From Chiloscyllium plagiosum (lineage: Eukaryota), in NCBI RefSeq assembly GCF_004010195.1, contig NC_057718.1, positions 98,965,794 through 99,029,793 of the forward strand: DNA of 64,000 nucleotides, written 5' to 3'. A model generated the notes under the pieces. That model saw only the letters and a program-made list of their open reading frames with translations, did not search any database and had not been told where the DNA came from. A program made the position numbers and the translations under genes. This document shows positions 14,150-26,900 of the stretch, piece by piece. Numbering within the stretch: the stretch's first letter is position 1; the number at the start of each line of letters is the position of its first letter.

Positions 14150-14460
14150 GATCGCTCATTGCTAATTGCCTTCAATTGAATTGAATTGTTATGCCATTTC
14201 AGAAGGGAGTTAAGAGTCAACCATGTTACTGTGGGTTCTGGATTCACATGTAGATCAGACCAAGAAAGCTCAGCAGATTTCCTTTTCCAAAGGATGTTGA
14301 TGAACGAGATGGTGTTTTTCTCAGCGTTTGAGAATTTCTTGGTCACCATCACTGAGACCTGTTGTATATTCAGATTTTATCGTTGAATTTTAAATTCCAC
14401 CAGTTGCATAGTGAGATTTGAACCCACAATCTAAACCACTAGCCTAGTCTTTTGGTTTAC
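14150..14460 (-). mobile_element. tRNA-derived SINE with LINE-like tail; related plus-strand copy at about 25415-25790
   Basis: B-box-like GAGATTTGAACCC on the plus strand, central AGAGTCAACCATGTT..GTGGG, and a tail resembling 2140-2230. Confidence 0.5.
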
Positions 14461-14633
14461 TGGATAACTGACAAAGCAGTATCTCTCTGTATCCACCTCC
14501 ATAACATCCTGGGGGTCAATCAAAACCCTGCCTGTGTCCTAAATGGCTCCAAGTCCTGTTCATCCATCACCTGCCATTGCCATCACCAAATTATCTCCCA
14601 ATGCAGTGACACTTCAACTTAAAATGTTTCACT

Positions 14634-16424
14634 GGGGGAGATCCAAGATGGCGGCGACTCAGCAAGTCTGAGTCTATAGTGCTCCTCCCAAGTCCAAGGC
14701 AAAGTGGGCCACCCTCCCCCACCACACTCACCAAATCAACTAAAAATAGTTTTTATTTAATGTAGTTAGTAGTTTAGTACGAAATTTATACAGTTCAGTC
14801 TCCTGTAAAAATGACTAGGGGGAAAGGAGCCCCCAGTTCTCAGCAGGCAGGAGCCCCTCCCCAGCTGCAGCAGAGGCTTCCGCAGCCGCCCTGGGGGACT
14901 TATCTACAGTGGCGAGCCTTGCGAAAATAATCTCCAAACTCAACGTGAAGATTGATGCTTTCATAGAAGAGTCCCGAAGTCAGTGGAATTCACTCTCGGC
15001 CGCGCTACAAAAGCTCGACCGAAACATCGAAGAATTTGAATGCCGAGTCGGAGGGGTGGAGCTAAAGGCCGCGACCTCCAAGGCCATTGCAGAATCAGCC
15101 GTGGATCGGGTCCGGCCTCTCGAACAGCAAGTGCGGACCTTAGAGAACCACATTGACGACCTCGAGAATCAAAGTTGTTGAAAAAATATTCGTTTGCTGG
15201 GCCTTCCCAAACGGGAAGAAGAAGGCCAGCTTACAAGGTTCCTTGAACAGTGGCTTCTGCAGTTATAGAATGTGGAGGCTGGATCAGGCCAGGTAAGGGT
15301 GGAATGGGCCTACCGGGTTGCAATACGCGGGCCGGCTCGTACCAGCAGCCCCGCCCGGTCCTGTTCCAGCTGCAGAGCTATAAGGTGAGGCAGATGCTCT
15401 TGGAAGCCTCCAGAAGTCTTGGGAAAGATCCACAAGCCATGACTCATAAAGGATCCAAGATTGTGATTTCAGGACTTTTCCCCAGCTTTGGTTTGAAAGA
15501 GGAAGGCATTTAATGAAGCAAAGAAGTGTTTAAGGGATTTAAACATTCAAATACTCCTTGCGCTACCCAGCTATACTACGCTTTAGCCATGAAGGGTCTG
15601 TGTTTAACATCGGCTCAATGGAGAAGGCCATGGAACTTTTGGATTCTCTTAGACAAATTATAAGAGTTAGTTGATGTTGTTTTGCCCTACCTCCACCCCG
15701 GTTTATCCCCCCCTTTTTTTTTCCTTTCATTATCTTACTGTTTATTATTATCTCCGGGGGGTGGGAAGAAGGGCTTATTTATTCATCCTTTACTTAGCAA
15801 TTTCCTTTCCCCCTTTTTTTATGTATATATAGGCCAGGAGGTCTAGTTAATGTAGATGGGGGGAAGGTGGCTACCTTATTTTATCTTTGTCCTTGGGAGC
15901 GGGGTTGTTTTCCCCTGTTATTTTGTATTAATATATTTAATTATTATTTGCTGAGACTGTAATTTTATAGTCATATATGTTCATATATGGTATTAACATT
16001 ACCAAATATATCCAGGTGTTGGTGTGGGTGGGGGATAGGGTAGTCACTGTTAGTTCTAGTTCAGTAGTATACTTGCATTTTCTTTATATGCTCTATGCTT
16101 GGGATGTTTTGGATAAATACAGGTTTTGTTGTGATCTGATGTTAACACGTTCCGAGCATGTATATCACTGCTCAATTTGTGTTATCCGTTGGAATTTTTT
16201 TTTTCTCTTGAATAATGTAAGAATTTTAATGATACACTCTGGTTAGTTGTAAGTTAGATGAGTAGTTAGTTGAGTTTTGTCTCTTTTTTTTCTTGGTATT
16301 TCTTTTTTCTTGGTTGATAGATTTTGGTTATCATTTATTTAAGATTTAACTGTATATCAATGTTTATACTTGGGTCTTTTTTTAGTTTTCTTTTGTAAAC
16401 TTGTGGAAAAAAATTTTAAAAAGT
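14634..16424 (+). mobile_element. L1-clade ORF1-only (HAL1-like) element, decayed; ORF1 about 14811-15670
   Basis: 5' GGGGGAGATCCAAGATGGCGGCG. Coiled-coil followed by IDDLENQSC*KNIRLLGLP (L1 ORF1p DLENRSRRNNIRI.GLPE-like), PRPVL, QDFS, LRYPA. No ORF2 follows, only a T-rich tail ending in an A-rich stretch. Confidence 0.8.
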
Positions 16425-17819
16425 ATTTTGTCATTTTCAAATGCTTCAATGCACATCCCCCGACTGAGCCTTTCTATGTAACATTCTTCAGTAATACAGC
16501 TGTTCAAGATCTCTGCACCCCCTTTAGCATCCTCTCTTCCATCCCATCATCTGCTGCTGTGCTTTCAGCTGCCTGTGTCCTAAAGTATGGAATTTCCTGC
16601 CTCCGACCTCTCAAACTCTACTTCTTTAAAACATTCCTATAAATTTTGCCACTGTAGTAAGCTTTGATCACTAGTATATTTCTTTATCTGCAAGCATGGC
16701 ATTTTTTAAATTAAATATTTATGGTTAGTGCGACATGTATTTCTATGCCTGTGGGAGTGTGGCTAGTTTGTTTTACTGATTTATGCAAGTCACTTAAATG
16801 ACTTGTATCATTCTCAGTCTAAAATTCTACTGTGTGGGACAAATTTAAATATACTTTAAAATTTGTTTTTTTTTTGAAGAGCTAAAGTGACTGTAATGTG
16901 TTTGGGACATCCTGAGATAATTAAAGCTACAATAAAAACACAAGTTCTTTCTTTTAGTCATTTCAAATGCATTATGTGCCTCACTCATCCCCTTTAATGT
17001 AGTACTTTTGCACCACTTGTTCTGTGACTTGCTCATGATCTTCTACTTTAAACCTAATCAATGGTTAAAGGCATCCATTTCACTTTAACCAATATCTCCA
17101 GTTTGTTGAAGGTATTAAAAGAAGGGTTATCATGATGGTGTAAACCATGATCTAAGGTGTGCCACAAACTGATTGAACATGATTGCTTTGACCCGAGAAG
17201 CAATGTTTGTTTTACATTATTATATTTTTGCTACAAAGTAACATGCATTGTCTGCCATAATGTAGATCATCCAGTGTAAAATAAAAAATGGCAAGAAACC
17301 AAAATGGCATGAAAGCTATTATGGTGGATACCATAGTATAAATGATTTTAGTCTGGTGTGGTGCATGTTATTGTCTGGTTCAGATTAATATTTTTCCTCT
17401 CCCTGCCTCTCAAACCTAAAAATAAAAGTTCCCCCAACCATCCTGTAACCCCTTTTGACTTGAATACTCCATTTGGTCATGACTTTCCATGTGCAATGGC
17501 AATGCATATTGACCAAAAGATACTTACAGAAAATAAAAATGAAAACTGCTGGAAATTCTCTACAGGTCTGGCAACTCCTGAAACTGCATCATAATTAACT
17601 CAAAAAACAACCTCTGCTTCCCTCTCCAAAAATGCTATTAGACCTGTGGAGAACTTTCAGGACCTTCTGCTCATATATTAGATGTTTAGAATTTGCAGGG
17701 GGTATTTTGCTTTTAGTCAATAGCAACGGTTGTGTACTTGTATTTCAAATGCATGTGACTTATCAAATACTAAGTGCAGCATTAAAGTTCTTATCCATAG
17801 TTTGACGCTGTCTATAGCA

Positions 17820-18123
17820 GAGCTGGAAATGTGTTGCTGGAAAAGTGCAGCAGGTCAGGCAGCATCCAGGGAACAGGAGAATCGATGTTTTGGGCATAAG
17901 CTCTTCTTCTGGAAATGTGTTGCTGGAAAAGCGCAGCAGGTCAGGCAGCATCCAGGGAACAGGAGAATCGACGTTTCGGGCATAAGCCCTTTCCTGAAGA
18001 AGGGCTTATGCCCAAAACGTCGATTCTCCTGTTCACTGGATGCTGCCTGACCTGCTGCGCTTTTCCAGCAACACATTTCCAGCTCTGATCTCCAGCATCT
18101 GCAGACCTCACTTTCTCCTCAAA
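17820..18123. mobile_element. Fold-back Penelope-like pLTR element (family A): two tandem minus copies and one plus copy, 13-bp TSD
   Basis: TSD GCTGTCTATAGCA at 17807-17819 and 18124-18136. Internal direct and inverted repeats. CTGAAGA-AGGGC-TTAT-GCCC-AAAA-CGTC at 17994. Confidence 0.85.
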
Positions 18124-18529
18124 GCTGTCTATAGCAATCTGTCCTGGTGACTAGAATCTTAAATGCTCCCCAACCCCAACTGTATTTGCTTCCAGCGCTA
18201 TGTGGAAGATGTAAACGAGATAAAGTTTTTCTCAAATTTTCCTCAATTTTTCACAGAGCCAGTCTTCACTTGCACTTTTTTTTGCATTCTTGTTACTCTT
18301 GTTATTTTGAATATTTCAAAATAAATGCAATTTATGGTAAAACGTGTATAATTTACAAATTAATGTCATTTTTTGGAATTCAACATAGTCATAGGTCGAT
18401 GTTAGTTACTTCAATGAAGCTTTCTCTTACAAAAAAACGAAGATCTGTGAATGATTCTGGAACAGTGACCTAGTCTAGTATGTGGCAGAGAGCAGATGAT
18501 TATAAGCCCTTGTTTTGTTGGTGGAACAG

Positions 18530-19274
18530 TGTTGATACTGTTGGCTTTACTACCTTTGGAGTAAACTTGCAAGGTTAGCTTTGTTTTCAGTTCAGAAGAA
18601 ATTATGATGAATATGATTTGTTTTTAATTGGTTCAGAAAATTCAGATTTTCATTTCAGAAACACTAATGTTGAGCTGAGAAGCCATTTAAGTTTTGCTCT
18701 GAAAAGCAGTTCAGAAACCAAGACACTTCAGCAAAAGGATTTAGTTTCTGAAACAGTCAAGCCAGGGGAGTTCTGTTTGAAGTTTGCAAGTTATTAGAAC
18801 TGAGAAAATTTAGGCTCTCTTGGATTCATGATAAGTTCACTTTAGCAGATTTGGAAAGGACTCATCAAATTGTCTCTGTAGTCCACAGGAAACAAACTTT
18901 TGAGGAGTCAGTTAAGTAGAACCCTAAGGAGTTGAGTTTGGGTGTTCAATTTCTCTAGACTTGAGTCTCTGAATATCTGAATAACAGTGTTAGGAAACAG
19001 TTGAAACTTGGTTTGTTTTGAGATCATTCTATCTGTTGTGTATATAGTATATTCACAATATATAAGATGTATTTATGTATGTTGTTTTGTATTCTATATT
19101 CTTCCTTTTGTGTAGTAGACGTCTGTTCTGTTGTTAAAAAAAAAACTGCAACCTTATGTGGATGTGTTTTAATCTCGGACCACCGCGTTAATTAACTAAA
19201 TAAAAACAATTTGTCAAACTAGATTCGTTCGGAGATTTGACTTGTCCAGTAGTACCATCATCTGGAATCAAAAC
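18530..19274 (+). mobile_element. Possible degenerate solo LTR
   Basis: TGTTG...AAAACA termini and LTR-like length and composition. No TSD could be resolved. Confidence 0.3.
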
Positions 19275-19849
19275 AAATTGCAATCTTTTATACCATGTGG
19301 GAATGGTGAATACTGTGTGGGGAAAATACAGTCATTGGAAACATCTTAAAGAGAAGTCCCTCACATAATTTCCGTGAACATGATCCAAGCCTGGATTAGT
19401 TCAAGTCATATGTGGAAAATACCTACAATCCATAAAAGCTGTACAAGCTAGGTAATCTTTCTTTTTAACTACTGAACATTAAATGGCATGGGAAAACAAG
19501 GTCTGCTTAACGTTTGGCTACTCATTCAGATGGAATTGAGAACTGTCTGAGGTTTTCTTTTAACATACACATGGAGGCTATGAAATATAACTTGGGATTT
19601 GAGCTACAACCTTGCATAATAGCTTCATTCTGCATAACTTAACTGAATCCAGTATACTTTTGCTGCCCTTGAGGTAGCTCCCGAGTTGAGTTTTCTAAAA
19701 ATCTCATTTGAAACTGGTCTGGTACAAGTTAAATATCAGGAAGTTAGGATTAAGAGGGGAAGCTTGGCAGGCATTTCGTAGAATTGTGGGTAGGGGAGGA
19801 GGGGAGGGGATGGCATGTTTTACGCAAAAAAAGACAGAAGGATTTCTGG

Positions 19850-22320
19850 CAGAAGCTTTCATGGAATGGTTGCAACCTAGAGCCCAGAAGGAGGGCATTT
19901 AGCTCATCGTCTCCATAGTGGCTGTCTCTAACAGTAGCCCAGTTAGTTTCACTCCCTATCGTTTGCCCGTAACCTCACAGATATTTGCTCTTCGGATAAT
20001 TAACCAATTTACTTCTGAAAGCTGCAGTTGAAGCTAATTCCACTAATGAAGTGCATTTTAAATTCTCGTTACTTGCTCTGTGAAAATAAAAGACTTTGAT
20101 CATGTAACCTTTGGTGTTTTGCCATTTACCTTTAAATTAGTGTTCTCTGTTTCTCAATCCTTCCACCAATACGAACAGTTTCTCCTTGATTACATGTTCA
20201 GACCCCTTACGATTTGCACAGCCCTATAAAGCCTCCACTCTACCTTATTTTCCTGAGAAGAATGATCCCAGCTGTTCCAACCTACCCATGTAACTGAAAT
20301 TCTTCATTACTGCAATCATCCTTGTAAATCTTTTCTGCAGTCCCTCTAATGCCTTTGAATTCTTTCTAAAGTAGGGCAAACAGAATTGAAAGCAGTGCTG
20401 CAAGTGAGACCAAACCACTGTTTTATATTAAAAAAACATAGCCTTCTTGTTTTTTATGATCTCCATATCTTTGTTTTCCTACCAGTTGTATCACTTCACA
20501 CTTCTCTGCATTAAGCATTATATGTTATTTGTCTGCCCATTTGACCAGCCTGTCTATGACCTTTTGAAGTCGAGTGGTATCCTCCTCACAGTTCATAACA
20601 CCTTTAGGTTTTGTGTAATCTTCAAACTTTGCAATTGTACACTGTACACCCATTTCTGATGATGGGCTTATATCCAATTCTTCTGCTCCTTGGATGCTGC
20701 CTGACCTGCTGTGCTCTTCCAGCACCACACTCTTCGACCTAAATCATTAACAGATTGAGAAAGTGTGATCCTAAAACGTTGTCTTGAATAACCAACTATA
20801 TACCTTTGTCCATTCTGAGAAACATTCATCCCTTGCTATTTTCCGTGCTGTGTATTCCATGGTCTTTAATTTTATGGATAAAAGTCTATTATATGGCATT
20901 TTACTTGATGCTTTTGGAAATTCATCTCCAGAGTGAAGTAACCACATTACCCTTATTCATCCTCTTTGTTGCTTCATCAAAAAATTAAACCGAGTTAGTT
21001 AAACATTATTTTAACCAGTTCATTGATGGTTTTCCTTAATTAATCAATATTTGTCCAAAGTGATTGTTAATTTTCTCCCAGATTATGATTTCTAAAGATT
21101 TCCCACCACTGACGTTGCTGGGTTTATCCTGAAATCTTTTTAATGAACAAGAGTATAACGTTGCAGTTTTCCAGTCCTTTTGCATCCTCGTTGATTCTAA
21201 AGAGGATGAAAGATTATGGTTTGTAACTCTGCAATCTCTGCCCTTTCTTCCCGTAGTGTCTTCAGATATATGTGAGCTCAATCTTGGTAACTAATCAAAA
21301 GTAAGTGCAGTGAACCATCTAATACTTCCTCTTTATCAATGTTTTGCCCTTCCAGTGTCTCAACTATCTTTTATTTCAGTTGAGTTTTTACAGCCGGTTC
21401 TTCCTTGGTAAGGACAAATATGAAGTATTAATTCAGAATCTCAGCCTTTCTGAATAAATGCTCTATTTGATGCCTAGTTAGCTGCACTCATCTCTTTTTG
21501 ACACTTGTTTTAAAAACAAGTATATAAATAGCAAAACTTACTATTTATATACTTTTGCATTGTCTTTGATGTTAGCTATCAGACTCTTTCCATAGTTTTG
21601 ATTCTTCTCATTTCTTTTCTCCCTTACACCCTGACCTTTATGTTCAGGGTGGTGCTCACTAATGTTATCAATCTGACATCTCATCTATAATCTTTTCTGC
21701 TTCAGCGACTTCTCTATCTTTTTCATTGTCCAGGAAGCTCTGAAATTGTATGTCCTACTTTGCTCCATCATGGAAATGTATTTTGATTGTACCCAAACTA
21801 TCTCTATAAAGGCAGCCCAGTGTTTCATTCCAATTTTGCTGTCTCTTATTTTGAATTTACTTGGGCTAGATCTGGGTTTTTTTCCATTTAAATTGGCCCA
21901 TTGCCACTTAATTATTTTTACTTTGGATTGTTGTTTGTCGTTTTCTGTATCTGATCAAAACCTGATGACGCTATGATCACTGCCCTTTAAATGTTCCCCA
22001 ATTGACACTTGATCTAACTTATTCACTGGAACCAGATGCGACAATTTCTTTTTCCTTGTTGAGTGGAAACATACCGAACTAGAAAATTCACAGAAATGCT
22101 TTCTCCTCTCTGAAACTTACAATAGTACCACCCTAATCTTTATTAGGATAATTAAATAAACCCATTATAACTCATTTATTTGCCTGTCTGTAATTTCCTT
22201 GTAAGTTTGTACCTGTGTTTGCATTCCGCCCTCACTTGGTGGCTTGGAGACTACACCCAGCAGTGTAATGATCTGTACCTTGTTTTGTTCTGTCCCTGAC
22301 ACCTTTAGGACATCTCTTTC
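19850..22320 (-). mobile_element. Long degenerate CR1 LINE (ORF2 remnants)
   Basis: Minus-strand peptides AKFEDYTK..RLQKVIDRLVKWADK and DWKTA...KSLEIII. CR1-like 3' end near 19900-20400. Confidence 0.65.
20652..20740 (+). mobile_element. Family A Penelope-like pLTR fragment inserted in CR1
   Basis: CTGATGATGGGCTTAT...GGATGCTGCCTGACCTGCTGTGCTCTTCCAGCA, matching 17994-18075. Confidence 0.75.
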
Positions 22321-23240
22321 AGGGTAAAAAAAAAGATGGATAGTCTAAATAAGCCTATGAGAGTTGCATTTTTGTAGAGAGAACAAATGGAGGAGTTTGC
22401 TAAAAAAGGAGTGTAGGTGGACATAGCAGATAGGTAAGATGATGGGTTTGTTCAGCCAATGGCTTTATTCCTGTACTGAACCATTCATTTTGAGTTAGCT
22501 ATTCTTAACTCCAAGGTATCTGAAGTGCAAATCATTCATTTAAAAATAGTCTGTTTTGATCTTGACATGATCTTGTCGGTACACACAATTATTGGAACTG
22601 GTACTATTTTGCTCTCCAGCAAAAATTCAATTCAGGTGCATTCAGAGAGATTAATTTACATCCTCTTGCCCTTAAATTATTGTAAGGAACAGTTAAAGAG
22701 TGCTGTTCTAAAAGATTAGACAAAATTTTGCAGCACAAAGGGAAATACCAACTTAGTAATAAACAATGCTGCTGTGATCATTATGGACAAAAAGATTTTA
22801 AGCAGCTTTGAAATGTGAGATACAACAATTTAAGATTGAATTTCAGGAGATGAAAAGTAATTGAATACAGTGGCATTGTATTATCTCCTTGTCTTAGAAG
22901 CAAGTCCTTCAGCTGCATTTGTGCCAAGCCAAACTTACAACAAATTGTATTATGAAGTGGATAAATTGGAATTTAGTACCTGCAGAAGCTAATTGAATTT
23001 TTAAACCATATTTCATGTGGAAGAAGTGTTTGTTTTTAATGGATGTACCTAATGCACAAATATTAAATTATTTGGAATTGAATCTGCCTTAGTACCCCCT
23101 TGTGAGCTGGGAGCCCGTAAATCAAACATTACCTTGATGTAATCTGGATGATGACCATCTTAGTCATACTGTTGAAAAAGTCATTGCAGTGGCAAAAAAT
23201 TCTGACACTCATTTCTTCTGTCTGTGAGGCATGTGACTAG

Positions 23241-23456
<216 letters not shown>

Positions 23457-24363
23457 TAGGAAGGTGGTATTATGAGTTGCACCTGAATTCTCAACAATTT
23501 CTGTGATATTTGAAACTTTTGATATGTTTTATTTCATTGGATCCCTAGAAGCTTTTCTTAATTGGTTTTAATATTTTAGCAAACTATCAAAAGAAGTGGC
23601 AGTGTTTAACTTATCTAATAAATTTGTTAAAATAATTGGCCTACCTGCATATAGTGAACTGCAGTGACTTGAAAAACCTTTGCTGGAAAGAGGCATCCAG
23701 CACCTCCCTTGTTCAACTTGTTTGTGCACATTTAGGTCATAATACTTTCTGGGCAAAGTTGCTGAAAAGGCAGGGATTATTTAAATAAAGAGAGATTGAA
23801 GATCTTAGATCCTGGTACTAAGGGATCGCAAAAAATTAGTATAGTGATAAAGCAAGCGATTAGGAAGGCAAAAAGAATGTTATTCACTCTGATGGGTCAA
23901 GGCATTGTCATATGATCTGCCAGTCTTTGGGATGTGTCACCCATCTGACTAACATAGCACTGGCACTAAAATTTAATATCACATTAATTTGTGAGATAGG
24001 TCGAACATCACAAATACCATTACCACAATAGGTATGGTAATGACAATCACCACTGGTTCGTGCTTGTAAAACTCTAAACATCCTGTCCTATTAGATGTGT
24101 TTCTGTGAATGGACATCATCTACTAAATATTTCTGAATGTGCTAGGAGTAAAGCTGAATGACCAGGTTAAGATTGTCAGCTGGTGTGGGTGTTAGGGTGT
24201 AGCATGCATCTGTATACTGGAAAATGTGCACATTAATGCACAGTGTCCTATTCCTTGCAGACAAAAAGAGCATTGTGTCTGTTTCGACCAAACAAACAGG
24301 CGATGCCTTGATCAGTCAGTGTCAACCTGCCTGGTTGAAATTTAAACAAAGTTTGGCAGTTAG

Positions 24364-24601
24364 TTGTCATAGAGATGTACAATATGGAAACAGACGCTTT
24401 GGTCCAACTCATCCATGCCGACCAGATATCCTAAATTAATCTATTCCTGTTTACCAGCATTTGGCCCATTTCCCTCTAAAGCCTTCAATTCAGGTACCCA
24501 TCCAGATGCCTTTTAAAAGTTATAATTGTATCAGTCTCCACCACCACCTCTGACAGCTCATTCCATACACGCACCACCCTCTGCATGAAAAAGTTGCCCT
24601 T
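24364..24601 (-). mobile_element. CR1 3' tail
   Basis: Close reverse-complement match to 48700-48930. Confidence 0.85.
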
Positions 24602-26229
24602 GTCAGTCATGATTGAGCTGGTGCATTCTCCATGGCAGCTAACCAACCTGCACTATTTTCGTTCAACAAAAGTACATTATTCCCTTTATGTTGGTATTTT
24701 GCCTGTAATATTCTGATGAGTGCAAGACAAAAAGCTTTGAAAAATTTTTTTTCAGCAATACTCAAGTTTCCTATTACCAAATAACAAATTACCAAGTTGA
24801 TGATATTTACCAATGTTGCCTTTGAATGTTTGGCTGTGTCTCTGCAAATCAATCTCGAATGTCCCAAAAACAGGTTGTTCTCCTTGAAGATGTGTGCATG
24901 TGCAGCCAGATGATAATCTTAAAGGGACCGTGCAGAGCCACAAACAGACTGTTCAGAAAAAGAGATACTGGAGAAGTCATTTTTTATTTGCAGGTCTTGG
25001 GGCAGTTAGTGTGCAAATGTAGTACCTCTGTGGTGTACAGGGGAGGTTAAAATGAAACATTCCTTTAATAAAGGTGAAGACAGAGCGGTACAATCAATCA
25101 GCAACTCATGATTCTCAAATTCAGAGGATATCTCTTTTTGCAAATTGCTGGATACTTTGTGCACTAATAACTACGTGTTTTTTAAAATTTATTATTATTT
25201 TTAGAAAAATCTGACACCATTATTTAAACCAAGTTCAACTGACTGTATTTTTGAAACTGAATTTATAATTATATGATAAATTATATGATAAATTCAATCG
25301 ACCTGTTCAGATGTGTTGCAGCATACCTCTAGCACAAATGGAACTTGAAACCAAACTTCCTGCCCAGAGATAGGGACACTACTATTGTGCCACAAGAGCC
25401 TCCATCCTCTTGGGTATGATTATCTCATGGTTCTGTTATTGGAGTAGTAATCCAGAAACTTGGGTTAATCATCCTGACAATTTGAATCAACTTGAAATTT
25501 TTTTTATGTAAAATGTGGGGCCAGTAAAAGGGACCATGAAACTGTTGGATTCTTTTAAAAAGCCAGTTGGTTTATGTCCCATCTTTTAGGGAAAGAACTC
25601 TCTCAGCCTTATCTTATGGGACCTGAGTGTGACTCCAGTCCCCATACTAATGTGATTTACTATTAACTGCCTTCTGATTTTGGTGTATCAAACCATTGCA
25701 TACATTTAAAGTAAGCTTCGCATCACCTTCGGAGTACAGCTAGGGTTGGATGATGATTATTGGCCATTCCAGCATGACATGAGTGAGTAACAAAAAAAAA
25801 ATTTCTTTCAATCGGGCTAGTCATTCTGCTGAAGTTTTGCAGTGTATGCTTTGCTACTTCAGTCTTGCGTGTACAAATTATATTCTGCTCAGTCAGAGTG
25901 AACCTTACATGAATCTTTTTAATAGTGTTGAGTTGACAGTTTACAATAGCGTATGTGTTTGTTTCTCTTTAGAATTAAAGCACTTATTTCAAGATTTTAA
26001 CTTCAAATTTGAAACCTGTCACCTCCCAATTCCATGACCATATTTCTTGTACCTCTCCCTCTCATACCTGTCGTAGAACCTGATATATAATCATAATCTC
26101 AATGTTGTTTATTCAGGCCACTATGATTGATGCAGTCTTGTTCCCTTGTAGACCTGAGAATCTGCATATTTACAGTATGAGGCTATATATAGTAATTCTG
26201 CCCTTGACTTCACTTACACTTGAGCAACT

Positions 26230-26900
26230 GGTGGCTATCTTCCTGCAGCTTGCAGGAAGAAGGTAAATCCTTTTGGCACTGAATTAGCTCCAGGATTACA
26301 CATCTGACAGAAATAGGACAGGGGTGTCCCATCTAGAAATTTGGAATTGTCTTTGTTTTGATGATGAGCTTGGCGGACTAATGATCTTGTTGTAGAGCCA
26401 ATTGAAATTGAAGAAATAAAGAAGGAGGGGGTGCGGTGTTGAAGAAAGTAAAGCATTAGGATGAGAATTTTAAATTTCAGGTTTTTGAGGATGGAGAGCC
26501 AATGATCAGCTCTGATAAATGAATGGAATTTGATGTGAGGTAAGACTCATAATTTTGCATGAATTGAGATTTACAGATCATGGGGCATAGAGAGTCCAGA
26601 GAAGCAAACATTGAAGTAGTAAGGTCTGGAAGAGACAATGGCATGAATGTGGATTCATTATCTACAAATGATTTTCCCTAAAGAGTGGCACATATATTAC
26701 AAGGAGAGGGCCAAGGATAGATGTTTGGAGACTTCAGGTTAGTGGTGCACAGTGAGAAATGAAGTCATTGGGGGATTTGTTCTGCCTAAATTCAGATTGA
26801 CAAGACTATTACAAAATGAGTGCAGTTCCACATCACTGGGTATTGGATGAGAGACTTTGAAGTTGGATGGTGTAGATAGCCATGTGAAAAATTATAGAGA
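26230..26900 (-). mobile_element. Highly degenerate LINE fragment (L2-like)
   Basis: Remnants such as CATATATTAC..GGAGAGGGCCAAGGATAGA..TTTGGAGAC, the reverse of GVPQGS.LGPLLF..Y codons. Confidence 0.45.

Noticed and set aside
17730..18076. Overlapping ORFs with repeated peptides (CCWKSAAGQAAS)
   Set aside because: Translation products of the tandem and inverted pLTR repeat, not a gene.
17820..18123. CRISPR-like direct repeats
   Set aside because: Vertebrate context, no unique spacers and no cas genes. Explained as PLE repeats.
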